NCBI GenBank assembly: GCA_012295275.1
Contig: CM022671.1
Coordinates: 14,818,001-14,882,000, forward strand
Reading direction: 5' to 3'
Length of the DNA stretch: 64,000 nt
DNA from: Chrysomallon squamiferum
Taxonomy: Eukaryota; Animalia; Mollusca
Part shown: in pieces, positions 1 through 19,499 of the stretch
How positions within the stretch are numbered: the stretch's first letter is position 1
Layout: each line of letters opens with the position of its first letter
Notes under the pieces: model-generated
Seen by the model: only the letters and a program-made list of their open reading frames with translations
What the model was told of the DNA's origin: nothing
The model's database searches: none
Translations under genes and position numbers: made by a program

Positions 1-169
1 GTTGGGTTAATCCAGTCCCAGTCGCTGCCATGCTCTATAATGATCTTGGCAGACTTCAGTTACCAGGTTTCAGAACGCTTCAGTTTTGCACTGAAAAAAG
101 GTATTTTACACACAAAGGTGTGGATCACAAGAACAATGCAAGGAATTAAGAATAGTAATCGTATACAAA

Positions 170-229
170 GATTAAAAGGTCGTCCTTCTTCCTCTGATTA
201 TATTCCATCTGATTACCATCTGTTCCGAA

Positions 230-281
<52 letters not shown>

Positions 282-420
282 TTGTAGAACTATTTTAACG
301 GGAAAGAATTCAAAACACATGAAGATATTTAAACTAATCTCTTTTCATTCTTCCCCTCTACTCCTAAAGATTTTGTTGACGTGGCATGCAGAAGATTATT
401 TATAAATGATCTGCAAGAAG
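170..420 (+). mobile_element. Degenerate mariner (Tc1/mariner) transposase C-terminal fragment interrupted by a (TAT)n microsatellite
   Basis: Translation RPSSSDYIPSDYHLFR resembles the mariner motif YSPDLAPSDYHLF. After the (TAT)n run (about 231-281), LTGKN-like and RGMQK-like remnants follow in shifting frames. Confidence 0.65.
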
Positions 421-1584
421 TAATTAATAATAACAGTACATACGACAGCGATTATTAAACAGCATTAAAACATAAATTTTCATATTATTCGATAAATAAA
501 TAAATAAATAAATGTCTGTATTAGTCTCTCTCCTAACAACAATAGTTATAAAAACTAATTCGGAAATAACTATGTAAACCTTCTCCCGCATATATCTGTA
601 TATGTGTATGTTTGTGTATATGTGTGCGTGTGTTTTAAAACCGATGAGAAAATGATAACTCAAAAAAGCAATTCACTGCATTAAATTTAAAATAAGAAGT
701 AAATATCCTTAATGACAAACTATTATTAATTAAAGTCATCAGGCAGAAACATTTTAATTTTGTAATCACCATCAGCTTGAACATCATCACAAACATTTGC
801 CGGAAATCAAAACAAACAAAAAATAAAAAGAAAGACAAGAAAGAGAAAACAAAACCCTAACACTAGAGCATTTTTCAACAACAGACGTCTGCAACCTTCT
901 TCGACTTTAAACATTCTTTGTTTGTCATGTTTGAACTTCGCATCTTGCTTTTTGTGTACGTGACGATCTCTTCATGTTATAAATCAAAACTATCAAGTTA
1001 AATCAAATTTTACTTTCGAAACTGAATTCAAAACTATTAAATAAAATTACATTTTTTTAATATTGAAAATGAAATTAAAGACAGCCAGCTGTAAGCGTGT
1101 TTATAACTCGTACTTGCGATGTTTGACTGTCCGAAAAAAAACAAAAAAAACTTTGATTATTTATTCTCGTTTTTGTACGTCATCAAGGTAAACTGCATTC
1201 ACCTCGGAGGAAAAACAGGCAAATTACGTCGCTGAATTCGAGTGATAGAATGTCTTTCTTTCTTTCTTTCTTTTTTTTTTTTTTTTTTCTTTTTTTTTAA
1301 TATTAGTCCTGAAATATCCGCTTCACGTACAAATAACATATTTGAGCATTCTCTTAATTAAATCCATTGCTTGAATTCTGAGGGACTCGCCTGCTTTTCA
1401 AAAGCCAGTTTACATGCCAATTTTCTTAAACGTCGCTGGCCAAACCTTGTTTGTTTGTTTGTGTTGGCTGCGAAACAACATAACGTCTGTTCTTGACTGT
1501 ACATTTTTTGAAGTTTTCTTTTAAAAGATTTTCTGTGTGGATAATGTCCTAAGCGGTAGACGCCATTGTCAAACAAAGGTCATT

Positions 1585-1655
1585 TATAAAGATTTTGTCA
1601 AGAACGTTTTGCCGGAGACGATTTAGCGATATGGATGATTAAGGATCCCTTCCAG
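1585..1655 (+). promoter_or_regulatory. Candidate TATA box and non-coding first exon of chitin-binding/LamG gene A
   Basis: TATAAA at 1585-1590; donor CAG|GTAGAT at 1655/1656; acceptor TTTTTCAG ending 2189, upstream of ATG 2243. Confidence 0.4.
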
Positions 1656-2242
1656 GTAGATACCACACATTGATTTCCAGTAGACTGCACAGAATTCTAG
1701 TCGTAAAGATTTCATTAGAAAACTTAAAACTGCAGATAATGATTTCTGATTTTTTATACAGTTTGAGTATTTTTCATTTTTATTGAATTTTATATGTATT
1801 GATCGTTATTTTATTAAAAAATGTTTCTAAAATAATATTTCTGTATGCAAATCTTAAATAAATTTAAAAAAAAATACATTAATACTTTAAATAAATAAAT
1901 AAAGGACGGGAAAAACCTATATTTGTACTAAAGATTTTCATCAACAGCTTTATATTACTCATAACTGAATTTCTTTTGGATGTTTACTCAAAAACCGTCT
2001 TCATAATAATTTGTAAATCATCTAGTGAAAGTAAATTTTACTTAAAAGCTGTATCGGTATTAATAACTTGCCTGTCCCTCTCTCTGAAATAGAAGTCGTA
2101 GTAGCAGTAGTAATAATATATCAGCGTTGTTGTTGTTGATTTGTTATTTACTTACTTACTTACTTACTTACTTATTTATAATTTTTCAGGTTATTTAATT
2201 TCAAAACGTGTAAAGATTATTTAAAAGTGAAAGTATCCTGTC

Positions 2243-6527
<4,285 letters not shown>

Positions 6528-6690
6528 AGTAAGAGAAGTGGACTGGTAACAGTAAAACACTGCACAACACACAGAATCAAACTGATGGAAAAATAGACTG
6601 TTTCTGTCTTATAAAAACACTTTTGTATAGTTGTTTCTTTCTTTGTGTTCACTTTTGTTTTTTCCGTTAACCTTCTAAATGTTTTAAGTT

Positions 6691-6721
<31 letters not shown>

Positions 6722-7182
6722 TTATCACTTTTTTAAATTACAGGTTTGAAAAATTGACTACAGAATTATTATTATTATTATTTTATTAATTATATTACAA
6801 ACTGATGTCATCACTAAATGACTTTCACTACACAGAATGACTGAAGTGTTACTGCAGTCTAATGTTCATAGGTTACAATTGATTTTGTTTATAAATTTCT
6901 GTTATAGCATTTTTTTTTTAAACTATTAAAGACTTTTTTTTTTTTTTTTAAATTCTGAACCTATTTAACATTACATAATCATATTTATGTAAAGTGAAAT
7001 AAATGCTACTTTACAAAAATAATCAATCATTCGTGCTATTTATTTATTTACTGGATGACTGTGTTATTTTGAAAGAACATTCACTAACAAAGTTTCTTTC
7101 ACATTTAATCTTGTAATAGAAACTTTCAGTCGGCTGTTTCCACACCACTTCGTTAACATTATCAAAATAAATAGCATGTCAA

Positions 7183-7239
<57 letters not shown>

Positions 7240-7664
7240 TACTCTGTAACGTAGTGTAAACCGTTCATGGTTATTAAAAAAATCAATGCACACCCAGCGC
7301 ATAGTTTAACCTTTAACCATATTGTAAATAGAAATATATATATATATATATATTTTTTTTTTTTACATTTTTTAAAAAGTCTTAATAAATCCAATCCCAA
7401 GCGACAGGAAAAATAACATAACGATGCGAGGTCATTGTAGGCATTCTCGTCAGTTGAAGCACGCCTTACATGTCTCCCATTAGTATTAATACGCGATCAA
7501 CAACAACGATATCAACAGTAATGTGAAAAATATATTGTCTCTTGCGGTTATGTCTCGACAGTACAGGTAACATAGAATAATGGATTACGTGGCACATCTA
7601 GGACGAGTTTTGAACATTGAGACGGGTTCTCCAGGCGATACTTCATTAGCCAGTAAAGAAAGTG

Positions 7665-8840
7665 TTAATTTGAACATCCCCGGAGTATCAGTAACTGAAA
7701 TGGAATGAAACACAAGTTTAATTTATAAAATAGCTTTAAATATTCAGAAGAATAACAAAGAATTTTAATTTTATTGCATTGTAGGTCATTTAGAACATTT
7801 TCAAACAATAACAATTTTTTAATCCTACTGAACTATTAGAGGTATCTCTGATACGTATATTATAATTTATGCACAGTTAAAGAAAAAAGTGTTTTAAGAT
7901 GTGAAAATTGTTATTCTCGCTATAATTTATTTTATACTTGATTTTCTTTAGATATATAAAGACATTAAAAAATCAATGACGTCGAAATCAACGTAAAAAA
8001 TTAATTATAAATTAAATTAAATTTAATAATAAAAAATAGATAGATAGATAGATAGACAGAAAGATAAATAAACAAATAAGAAGAAATATCTTATTTTAAA
8101 TTTATAAACTTATTTGTAAACATACTTCATCCATATATACACAAACGTTTTCTCCTGGTAAAGTCAGGGGACAGTCCGTTGTTTTAACATCACCTAAAGA
8201 TGTTTTAATAAATAGAACAAATTAAATATAGAAATCTATCTCATAATTTAGATGTTTAGAAACATTTTAACTCAGATAAAGATAAAGTAACCGATGTCCT
8301 GGTAATGTTGATGAATGAAATACTGCTAGAACCACTCAATGATTTCTCTTAATAGTCTACTGATTTTTATTTAACGAAATAATTAAAACTATGTCTAGGC
8401 AATGTTTCCAGTTACCCATGTAACAACATTTTATTAATTTAGATTTTTAACTGATATATTTCACTGATTAAAAAATAATAATAATAAAATAAAATAACAA
8501 CTGATCACGGATACTATTAAGTAAGCAATAATAACGACAAAATAAAAATTAATTAATTATTTAATATCTAACCAACTAGCTAAAAATAAATAAATAAATA
8601 ATAATAGTAAACAAAATCCACATGTATTTTAAACGGTAGAAATCGCGTATTTAGTAAAGAAATACAGTTTTGTCATAAGTAATGAATTATATTCGTGATC
8701 AAAAACCTGATGTAATAATAAATGAACAGTACCTGAAAACTGACTGGTACCAATACAGACTTCACCATTGATAATAACTTCCAAATAGCCTCCATCATAG
8801 CGAACACTGACATCAATCCACCGGTTTTCACGCTGCAGTA

Positions 8841-8891
<51 letters not shown>

Positions 8892-10082
8892 TTTGGTAAA
8901 TGGTTAAGTTTCTCAAAATTACGTTTAAAAACATAAAACACACGCAAATACAGACACATTTTGTTACAAATATTTTGAAAACAATATATTATAAATATAC
9001 ATGTATTAAATTAAAACAATAAATAAAACAAATACAAAAATTAACAGACAGACAGACAAATAGACAGTTGGAAATTAGACAGATAGATACACCGATATAG
9101 ATGACAGACACACAGATAGACAGATAAATTGACAGACAGACAGAAAGACAGATGGATGGACGGATTGATAGATAGACAGATTAAAAAAACAACAACTGTA
9201 ATTTATAATTAAGAAATGAAAAGAAAAACAAGTTCATTTTTACAGTCATAATAAACTGAGACAGTTTTTAAAAAAAAAGAGTAAATATTATTTCCTACCT
9301 CACTGTTCACTTGACATTCTTCTCTGATCGTCGTTATATCGTTAGTCGTTCCAAATTCCATCATGAAGATTCTCGTTCTCGGCCTGTACCCCAGCGCAAT
9401 GGTGGGCGGGGTCCGCGTATCGGCGCACCCATTGTGCAGGAGAACTATTTCCCTGTCAGGATCCTCGTCCGTGCATTCTCTGAAGCTGAGGCTGATGCTA
9501 AATAAACTTCCGAGCGTGTTGCTCTTGAAAAATGGAACCGAAACCGACGAATCTTTAAACAAAGCACACTGACCATGTGACCCGGGCTCTGGTACAATTC
9601 TGACGCCATTTTCGTTTTTTCTGTTCAGCCAGTGGTTGTGCGATTCGTCGGCCACGTATCTGTCAAATGTCATGTTGAGCATGACAATGCAAGGTTTTGT
9701 AATGGCTGAAAAATATATAATTTTATCAATCAGGTTTAAATGTCTTTTGTGGGAATAACAAATAATAATATAAATTAATTTCAAATTATCATCAGAGAAA
9801 ATTGTAAAATGATTTTATAATCTATTATTATTATTTGTTCTTAATAATAATTTGTATATTGTTTTGCTAAATTTCCCGAATAGTATTTTACATTTAATTT
9901 TCGTAATTTCTCTGCGTTTTCAAAAGCTTTTTTTTAATTTTTTTTATATCCAGCTCGCTCAGCGAGGCAGAATTTACCCATTTTAATTCTTATCATTCTT
10001 TTCTACTATAACACTGTATTCATTTAAAAATTAAGAATTTTAACTTTAAAAAAATCTTTAAAAAAAAAAAAAAAAAAAAGAA

Positions 10083-10128
<46 letters not shown>

Positions 10129-10458
10129 CAAACAAATATATAAAAACCCAGTTCCTGACACCAGTAAAGTTAGTTACTCACCAACACTTGGTGCACTGTT
10201 TCTGATGACTGGAAGCTTCTCTCCCCAGTCACATCTACACCGATCTTGATTCCAAACCAACCCCAGGTAAATAGGCCAGTTACAGTCTTCAGTAGTCCAG
10301 CCTCGATCTGACAGCCGATCGTATCTGTGAAGTCAAATAATAAACAACAAGTCGTGTCTAATTTTAGACTGCTATAACGCGTAACAATAAGAAATATTAA
10401 AGTCATTTTAGAGTACTACATAAGAAACAAAAATTAAAGAAAAAGGAAAATAAAATAG

Positions 10459-10503
<45 letters not shown>

Positions 10504-10963
10504 TATAGCAATATTCGTATTATTAAAATATAAAACAAAAACAAATTCATGAAAATAAATTTGAATAATAAACCGTAGTAAACCGTCTCATCTGAAACTT
10601 ACGATATTTTAATTTACTGTTTTTTGTTTTGTTTTATTTATTTGTTTGTTTTTTTTTTTTTTTTTTTTTAAATATATAACGATTTAGAAAATTACATTAT
10701 TACTTTAATGTCTCAAATCCTAACGTCCGGCAATTCAGAAAATAACTTTAGCTTACGATTAGCGAAAATTATGAAACTGATTCCAAAACTTTTAAATTTA
10801 AAAAAAAAAAAAAAAAGAAGATTTTCCAAAGATGAATAATTTATTCAGAATGTAATGACGAATAAACGTACTTGGTCGGGTCGGGATTCGGACGGTGAAA
10901 ACGACATTGTTCTTGAACAGACGTCGTCCCCGTCGGACTTGCTAAATAAGACGGACGTTGTTC

Positions 10964-10999
<36 letters not shown>

Positions 11000-11375
11000 G
11001 TTCGCTTTGCTGCAGCTGGTTGTTTTGAAGCTGAACGTTCTGCGCCTGTAGGTGGGGCGGGTCGGAGGGACTGGACCACTGTGCTGACTCCCGAGCCTGG
11101 GGGAAAAACGACGACGGCGGCTCGGGAGGCGTCGGCACCTCCACGCAGTCGCAGACGCTCTGGTCGTACAGCAGAGGAGGGGGGACACTCCCCGTCTAAC
11201 CACTGGTGTCGCCAGCCGTTACGAGACAGAATCTGAAACGCGTTTTCTTGTGTGGGGTGCGCCCTCTTCACTCCACGCTCACACTCTGCACAGTACATAA
11301 ATAAATAAATAAATAAATAATAATAATAACAATAATAAATTAATAATAATAATAATAAAATAATAATAATAATAA

Positions 11376-11424
<49 letters not shown>

Positions 11425-11597
11425 TAATAATAATAATAATAGTAATAATAATAAATTAATAATAATAGTAATAATAATAATAATAATAATAAATCAATTA
11501 CTTCATATAACATTATAAAGATGTTGTTAAGTGTAATTGATGTTGATTAGAATAAATAATAATTTTCTAATGAAACAATTAAATTTGTAATTTGTAA

Positions 11598-11652
<55 letters not shown>

Positions 11653-11768
11653 ATTCTCATCTGTAATTCAGTTTATCATTAAATAAATAAATTAGTAAAT
11701 AAAAACTCACCTGAAGGAATTTGTGCCAGTATCCTCGTTACTGTAGCTAAAAGAAATAAACTGTAATA
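7665..11768 (-). CDS. Secreted protein B, paralogue of A: 2 chitin-binding domains separated by a P/S/Q-rich linker + LamG; two +1 frameshifts in one exon; start exon not resolved
   Basis: Exons (minus) about 11768-11711, 11285-10872, 10324-10182, 9705-9299, 8832-8733, 8193-8126, 7694-7665. Motifs LLYDQSVCDC, LGLVWNQDRCRCDW, TKPCIVMLNMTFD, LLHNGC, WIDVSVRYDGGYLEVIING, DCPLTL...YMDELLILRGC*. Intron phases and the 100-nt exon match gene A. Confidence 0.75.
11297..11495. repeat. (AAAT)n/(AAT)n microsatellite tract
   Basis: Directly visible. Confidence 0.9.
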
Positions 11769-12539
11769 CTGCAAATAAAAAATACAAATAAAGAAAATAA
11801 TAAATAAATAAATATATTAATAAAATTAATAAAATTAATAATAATGATAATGACAATAATATCTATAATTCAATAAAATTAAAATTAAAAATTAAAAAAA
11901 AAACATAAATTAATATAATTAAACCGCTATTTAGATACACAGTCAAAAGAGGTTTTACTGTTTATTCTACTAGTATGGGGGGTATCCTCCTGTTACTTCA
12001 GATTATAATTCATAATATAAAACTAGGTATTTCTTTTGTTTGAAGTGTGCATCCAAAATATTACTCATAGTAACACTGTAAAACATTGTAAAACTAGTGA
12101 AGAAGTATCACACTAATAAAATTATAAATAATATTTTTTAAAAATCCGTATGATAATAAATATACTCAATATGTCTGAATTTTTATAAAAATTAATTTTC
12201 ACAGGCTAAAAAGAAGAGCGTTAATGACGATACAGCGTTGTCGAGAAACTGCCACAGTTTACAGTACTTCCTTGTATTTCACTTTATCTGCACTAGCACA
12301 AAAATTAAATATTAAATATTCAGTAAAATTTCTGCGGCCGTATATAAGGTCTTCTCAGTAATTTAAAATCAAATGAGTGCAACCAATAATTTATAAACAT
12401 TATAGTCAAGTAACACAGCTTCCGAAATTAGAATTGCATCAATACCTTAAAACTTATACTACAATTCTTTTTTCTTTCGTTCTTCTTTCTATTAGTATTA
12501 TTATTATTGTTAAAAAAATAATACGAAATTGGAGTTTAC

Positions 12540-13229
12540 CAGCAAACAGGCCGACATGTTCTGTTACTTTATGATGTCAGGAATCAACAAACTGAAGAGC
12601 TGGATCCCAGTCAGGTTCTGAAAGTAAGTACTGCATCATTAGTGCACGTGAATGTGTCTTCAGACATACATCAAATAGGTTTTCAACATTAACAGGAATT
12701 TAAAATGTATTAATAAGTCAGTTTAAGCTATGCCGTTAACAAAGACACGTTAATTACAAAAGAACATAGCTTAATATTGTACCATATACATACTTACAGT
12801 CTCTATCTGTTTCTCTCTCTATCTATCTGTCTCTCTCTCTATCTATCTGTCTCTCTCTCTATCTATCTGTCTCCCCCAGCGAGCTTCTATCGAGAATCGT
12901 CAACCTCTGGCAGTGAATTCCTGTCTTGCTCTTCTGTTCGCGAAGATGTGATTGAACGATATTCTTTTTGTTTACACAAGATATTCGTCGCCTTTTCTGC
13001 TGTTTGCACTGAGAATCTGTCATGAGACAGAGTTAGCTTAATCAACACGGTCCGTGTACTTGCGGATTCGGCCACTGAAACTCGTACACGTACTGGATAT
13101 TTTTGAAGGAAAACGTACAGCAGCTGTTCCCAAGTTGAACACTGTCATGTCGTCTCTAAGATGGAAGTCTTTCGTAGATTCTGTGCTATGTTTTTGTACG
13201 TGCTTCAATGCTCGCTTGCGGATGCAAAA
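12540..13229 (-). pseudogene. Two exon-like coding relics of an unidentified gene
   Basis: 13229-12905 follows a TTGCTTTCAG acceptor and reads with 2 TAG stops. 12699-12540 reads IPVNVENLFDVCLKTHSRALMMQYLLSEPDWDPALQFVDS*HHKVTEHVGLFA and ends at G|GTAAAC. Both are higher-complexity than their flanks. Confidence 0.3.
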
Positions 13230-13309
13230 CTGAAAGCAAACAAGTGTGATATCGACATGTTGAACTTAGGATTATGCGGTAATATCTTTGATAACAATAA
13301 CAGGATGAC

Positions 13310-14910
<1,601 letters not shown>

Positions 14911-16549
14911 TTTGTTGTAATTCTTCTTATCATTGAATCAGATAAAAACCCAATCAAACCATCTAAATAAAATTAGAATGGAAGCTACAGCCTTATTAAC
15001 AGTGGATTAACTTTAGTTGTAAGAGTTGTTGTTACTGTTGTTATCGCTGTAGTAGCAGAAGTAGTAATGTATCTGTAATAGTAAATATATTAAAAGTAGC
15101 AATATATGTATATAGTAGTAACAGCAATAGTAACCGTTATAATAGCAATAGAAGTAGTCTACAGTAGTAAAGATAGTGATAATTATTATAATGATGATGA
15201 ATGTTTTATGTTACGAAGAAGAAGACACATAAATAAATCTTACAAAGTTTTTCGGATTTCTGGACTGGTATTCTTGCTGATGGGAAGAATAGTAATCGAG
15301 GTAACTGGACTGGTGTAGGAAAATGGCAACATACTTGGTGTTAAGACGGTGACTTTTGTCTGTTGTGTTTTGTGGCAACTGCAGTTCAGTTTCAGTTGTA
15401 GATCTCCCATAGCAATCTTATTTTATAATACTCACAAAAAGAAGAGGGACATAAACAGAGATATTAAAGCCCGAAATAAAGTAAAGTTACGCGCAAACAT
15501 CTGTTTCTAAATGACGTATTAGTTATTATGACGTTTTATAATGAACAAAAATAATCTGGTTGTCTCGATAAATCAATTCCTGCTACGGTAGCTTGTATAA
15601 ATGGCTACTGCGTTCGTAAATTTGCCTCACTGTAACTGTAGTATTTAACAGAAGTAAACAAATCTCGACAGCAAAAATCACGACAGCAATATTTAGGGGT
15701 TTTTTACGTGATCTTACTGAATTAGAAACTGTCACGATAGGTTTGAATCAGAATAGATAATAGATAAACCAGTACGTTTTCTTTGTTTCCAATAAACAAC
15801 TGAACTTCCAGATTTAAAAAAAAAAAAAAAAAATTCTCATGGAGGGACTTGGATCCTTTCCAACATCACGTTCGTGGACCTTATTATACTCCAGGTTCTT
15901 AAAACTATTTCCATCGTACGCGAGGTTTATAAACAGGAGTATGAAATTACGACGGAAGTAAATGTGCTAATGAATATTCATAGCGGTAATACTTCAGAAT
16001 ATTCCCAACGTCCATAATGTTAACATGGTGACCATAGCAGTTTCTGCGACAGACATAATAAAGAGCAACATTTTCTCTTTCCGATAACTCTTTTTTTTTG
16101 TTTTTGGTGAAGGAGTGCGAGTTTAGAATTTTTTATTTATTTATTACTTCAATGAAGAATCATGCCATTTCACGCACTCGCATGGTTTGGCGTTCTTTCT
16201 ACGCATCATGATTTTGTTTCTGACCCGTCGACTATGTCCGTCAGAAATGAACTTCAGCAGCGATCTAAGTTCTCACTAAGCTAGTGGATGGGTAAATGGA
16301 TATTTACATGAAAAATAATAAAATGAAGCGATAGTAGGTGCATTAAGAACATTTTTTGAGGTTCAAATGTTAAAAAGAAATAGTCGTATTTTTTGTTTGA
16401 GAAGTTTGTTAGTAATTTCAAGGGAGATAATTTATGATCACTATGTTGCGGATTTTAACCAGTTTGACATTAGCTTGATTCAGTTTATTCTGCTGAATAA
16501 TTTGCATATTTTGGTAAAGTCTTATTAATGATGACGATAATAATAATAA

Positions 16550-16580
<31 letters not shown>

Positions 16581-17309
16581 ACCAAAAATTCGATCACTAA
16601 TTCAAATTCCTTTCAATTCATAAATTATATTTACAATTTGTGTTGAATGTATTACACAGCTCAATGTGAAAAATACATGTAACTCAATATTATTAATCTA
16701 TATAAAATTCTGAAACAGTGATACATCAACAATGAAATTATCACTGATAACATGAAATGATTTCTGGCAAACACTGTAAAAATATTTTCATGGTTTTCTA
16801 TATATAAATGCATAATAACACAAATGAATCTGATATATAAACTCCAGCAATACAGATGATAATTACTTCAACCTAGTGAAATAAGATCTGATATGATATA
16901 TATATCAAAAGACTTAAGTATGTTCATACATGATCTGTTGGATGTTATCTTTACATAACTTATAAGATACCTCAGTGATATGGTATCTATGACACTATTA
17001 AATATATTCATATGTGATCTGTTGTATACTGTCTCTGTACAACACTGAATAAAATACCCTACATTGGCCTCAATGATACAGTTTTTACCCAATGTGAAAT
17101 ACTGAGTAAACTTTTTTTGTTCATTTGTTGTTGTTGTTTTTTTGTTGTTGTGTTTTTTTTTTTTGGGGGGTTACAAGTTAATAATTAACTGTTTCATTTT
17201 TAACTGTAGTTTTCATTAAAACTTGCTAAAGAAATTGTGTATGAAAAGGAACAAACAGATATTTAGATCAGCCCTGTAACAAAAACAAATTAGTTTAATT
17301 TGTATTAAT

Positions 17310-17916
17310 AAATTCTTATATAGCACCCTCTGTTAGTTGAGACCTAAAACGTATTCCATTAAATATGAAATATGGTGGAACTGCTGCTTCCAAAACATTA
17401 CCAGCACCTGAAATTGTTGCATCATACGACATTCCACGAGTGACTGAAACAGGTTTTAAATTCATACCTGCTACAATTTTAGCAGTGTGTGATTGTCAGA
17501 AATACCTTGTTGTAAATGTTTTGTTGCTTGTCTTTCAAACTGTATTTTGTCATAATGTTTTCAAATTCTTGAAAGAACCATTTACATTACTTTCTGATGT
17601 GGCTTTGGCACGAGCTATAGCTACAGAACGTGGGGTTTTTTTAACTGCAGTGAAATTACGATACCACTGTAATGACAGAGGCTGATCTATCTGAGGCAAC
17701 CCAAGTTCAGTGGCATAGTCTGTTGCATAGTTCCGACTCAGTGGAGACGATCCTCTGTACAGCACTTATAATTCATCGACGAGGAGTTGCTTTTGGAACA
17801 CAGTATAGCTGTGCTGCTTTTCTGATCGGCATTTTTTGTTCTTTAACTTTGGTGTATGCTTTTGTTAATGCATCAGAATTATATTGATAGTAGTTTGGAG
17901 GGATTTTGGGGGAATT
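17310..17916 (-). mobile_element. Fossil pogo/Tigger/Fot1-type DNA transposase (HTH_psq, CENP-B-type HTH, start of DDE domain)
   Basis: Broken reading frames give YNSDALTKAYTKVKEQKMPIRKAAQLYCVPKAT, then ATDYATELGL...LSLQWYRNF, PRSVAIARAKATS, FENIMTKYSLKDKQQNIYN and GAGNVLEAAVPPYFIFNG. Stops, frameshifts and deletions are present. Confidence 0.8.
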
Positions 17917-18536
17917 CTGAAATATTAATAATTATTTTTTTTTTAATTTAAAATGTATTTTATTTCATATACATGTTTAAATATATAAAACAATTACTAT
18001 GGAATCCATTTTTCTACTTTATTTATATTTCATTATTATTTTATTAATACCAAAAATCAATATCCATAACACAACTGATGTTGAATAAATTATATTAAAA
18101 AGTAGCATTCACTTAAAAGTATTTTCATCCTGGCTTATTACAATAGTATGTACTAAAAATAAGCATTGGTGACTCATTTGGACTTCCATAAAAATAGATT
18201 GAAGTGGGCGTGGCCTAAATGTTTAATAGCGTTCGGCAGACGGCAATGTTTTATATATGGCTAACAAGTGTCTTATGTTTAATTGTTTAGTCTTTCCGCA
18301 AACAGGAAAAGCGAACAGGAAGCATTGCTATGTTTGGTAGGTCAAAAAAACCTTCCGTAAACCAAATCGTCACCATGTGACATCACGGTTTCTCCGGGGG
18401 TTCTTCTTTTTGTTTTCATTATGCGCACTTGTTATTTAACAAAGGTGCGTCAAAACACATGCCGAGACGCTACAAAATAGGTGCGAGGTAGCATGACCAT
18501 GAGGTCAAAGTTAAAAAAAAAAAAAAAAAAAAAAAA

Positions 18537-18584
18537 ATGAGCTTTGGACCTTTGCAACAATTTCTACTCAGTAATAGACGTGTG

Positions 18585-18630
<46 letters not shown>

Positions 18631-18656
18631 TATATTTGCAAAGGTCCAAAGCTCAT
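18537..18656. repeat. Perfect 21-bp inverted repeat around a short microsatellite core (MITE-like/foldback)
   Basis: atgagctttggacctttgcaa (18537-18557) and ttgcaaaggtccaaagctcat (18636-18656); poly-A on the left and poly-T on the right. Confidence 0.85.
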
Positions 18657-18982
18657 GTTTTTTTTTTGTTGTTTTATATATATGCACACAGACAAACACA
18701 CACGAGGCATTTATTATATGACATAATTTAACAAATAACGTGTAATAACCCATGCATTATGAAATAATATATGTTTAAACACTGATGGGCGTTGGACGTA
18801 AAAACAGTCTCATCGTATTTCCCTTCAGAATAATAATAATAATAATAATATTGCTTTGTTAGGCATCGACATCTTAATCACTTTATTCATATAATGTTTT
18901 TATCATTGTCATTTGTTCTTCTTTTATTATTTTTATTAATACTGCATGTAACTACAACTATTACCACTAAAGTGTTTCCACA

Positions 18983-19100
<118 letters not shown>

Positions 19101-19499
19101 TTATGGAATTCAGAAAAAGCAAATGAACATGCAAAATATTTAGAATTTCTAAAATAAAATCTCATTGTTTTTGCCAAGAAAGATTAAGCAAAATCGTCTT
19201 TGTATAAATCCTGACAGAACCTGTAAAATGTCTGTAAGTCATTGGATTAACATCATATGAGAGTAAATCAAACTATAAAACAGTCCTAAGTTTCTTCTTT
19301 ATGATTTTGTATGTCCATTAGTATTAAAACACTTACTGTCATTTCAGAGGCGTCATCCTGTGACAGTACTAAGCAATGAGAAAAAATATTCACAAGGAGG
19401 TTTTTTAAAAACAAGAAAGAAAAAGGGCAATAGAATAGATAAATAGATAGATATACAGGTAAGTATAAATACAGATATCATACATTAGATGAAAATAAC

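Noticed and set aside
10958-11236. Plus-strand ORF with a poly-Leu 'signal peptide'
   Set aside because: Antisense of the CAG (poly-Q) repeat in gene B.
12064-12086. Possible first coding exon of gene B (MFYSVTM, donor GTAATA)
   Set aside because: Its phase fits only an internal acceptor that removes most of the hydrophobic signal peptide; the start is left unresolved.
15240-15410. 56-codon minus-strand ORF MGDLQLKLNCSCHK...
   Set aside because: No recognisable motif or splice context; could arise by chance.
17365-17887. Plus-strand ORFs of 106 and 71 aa
   Set aside because: Antisense to the pogo transposase fossil.
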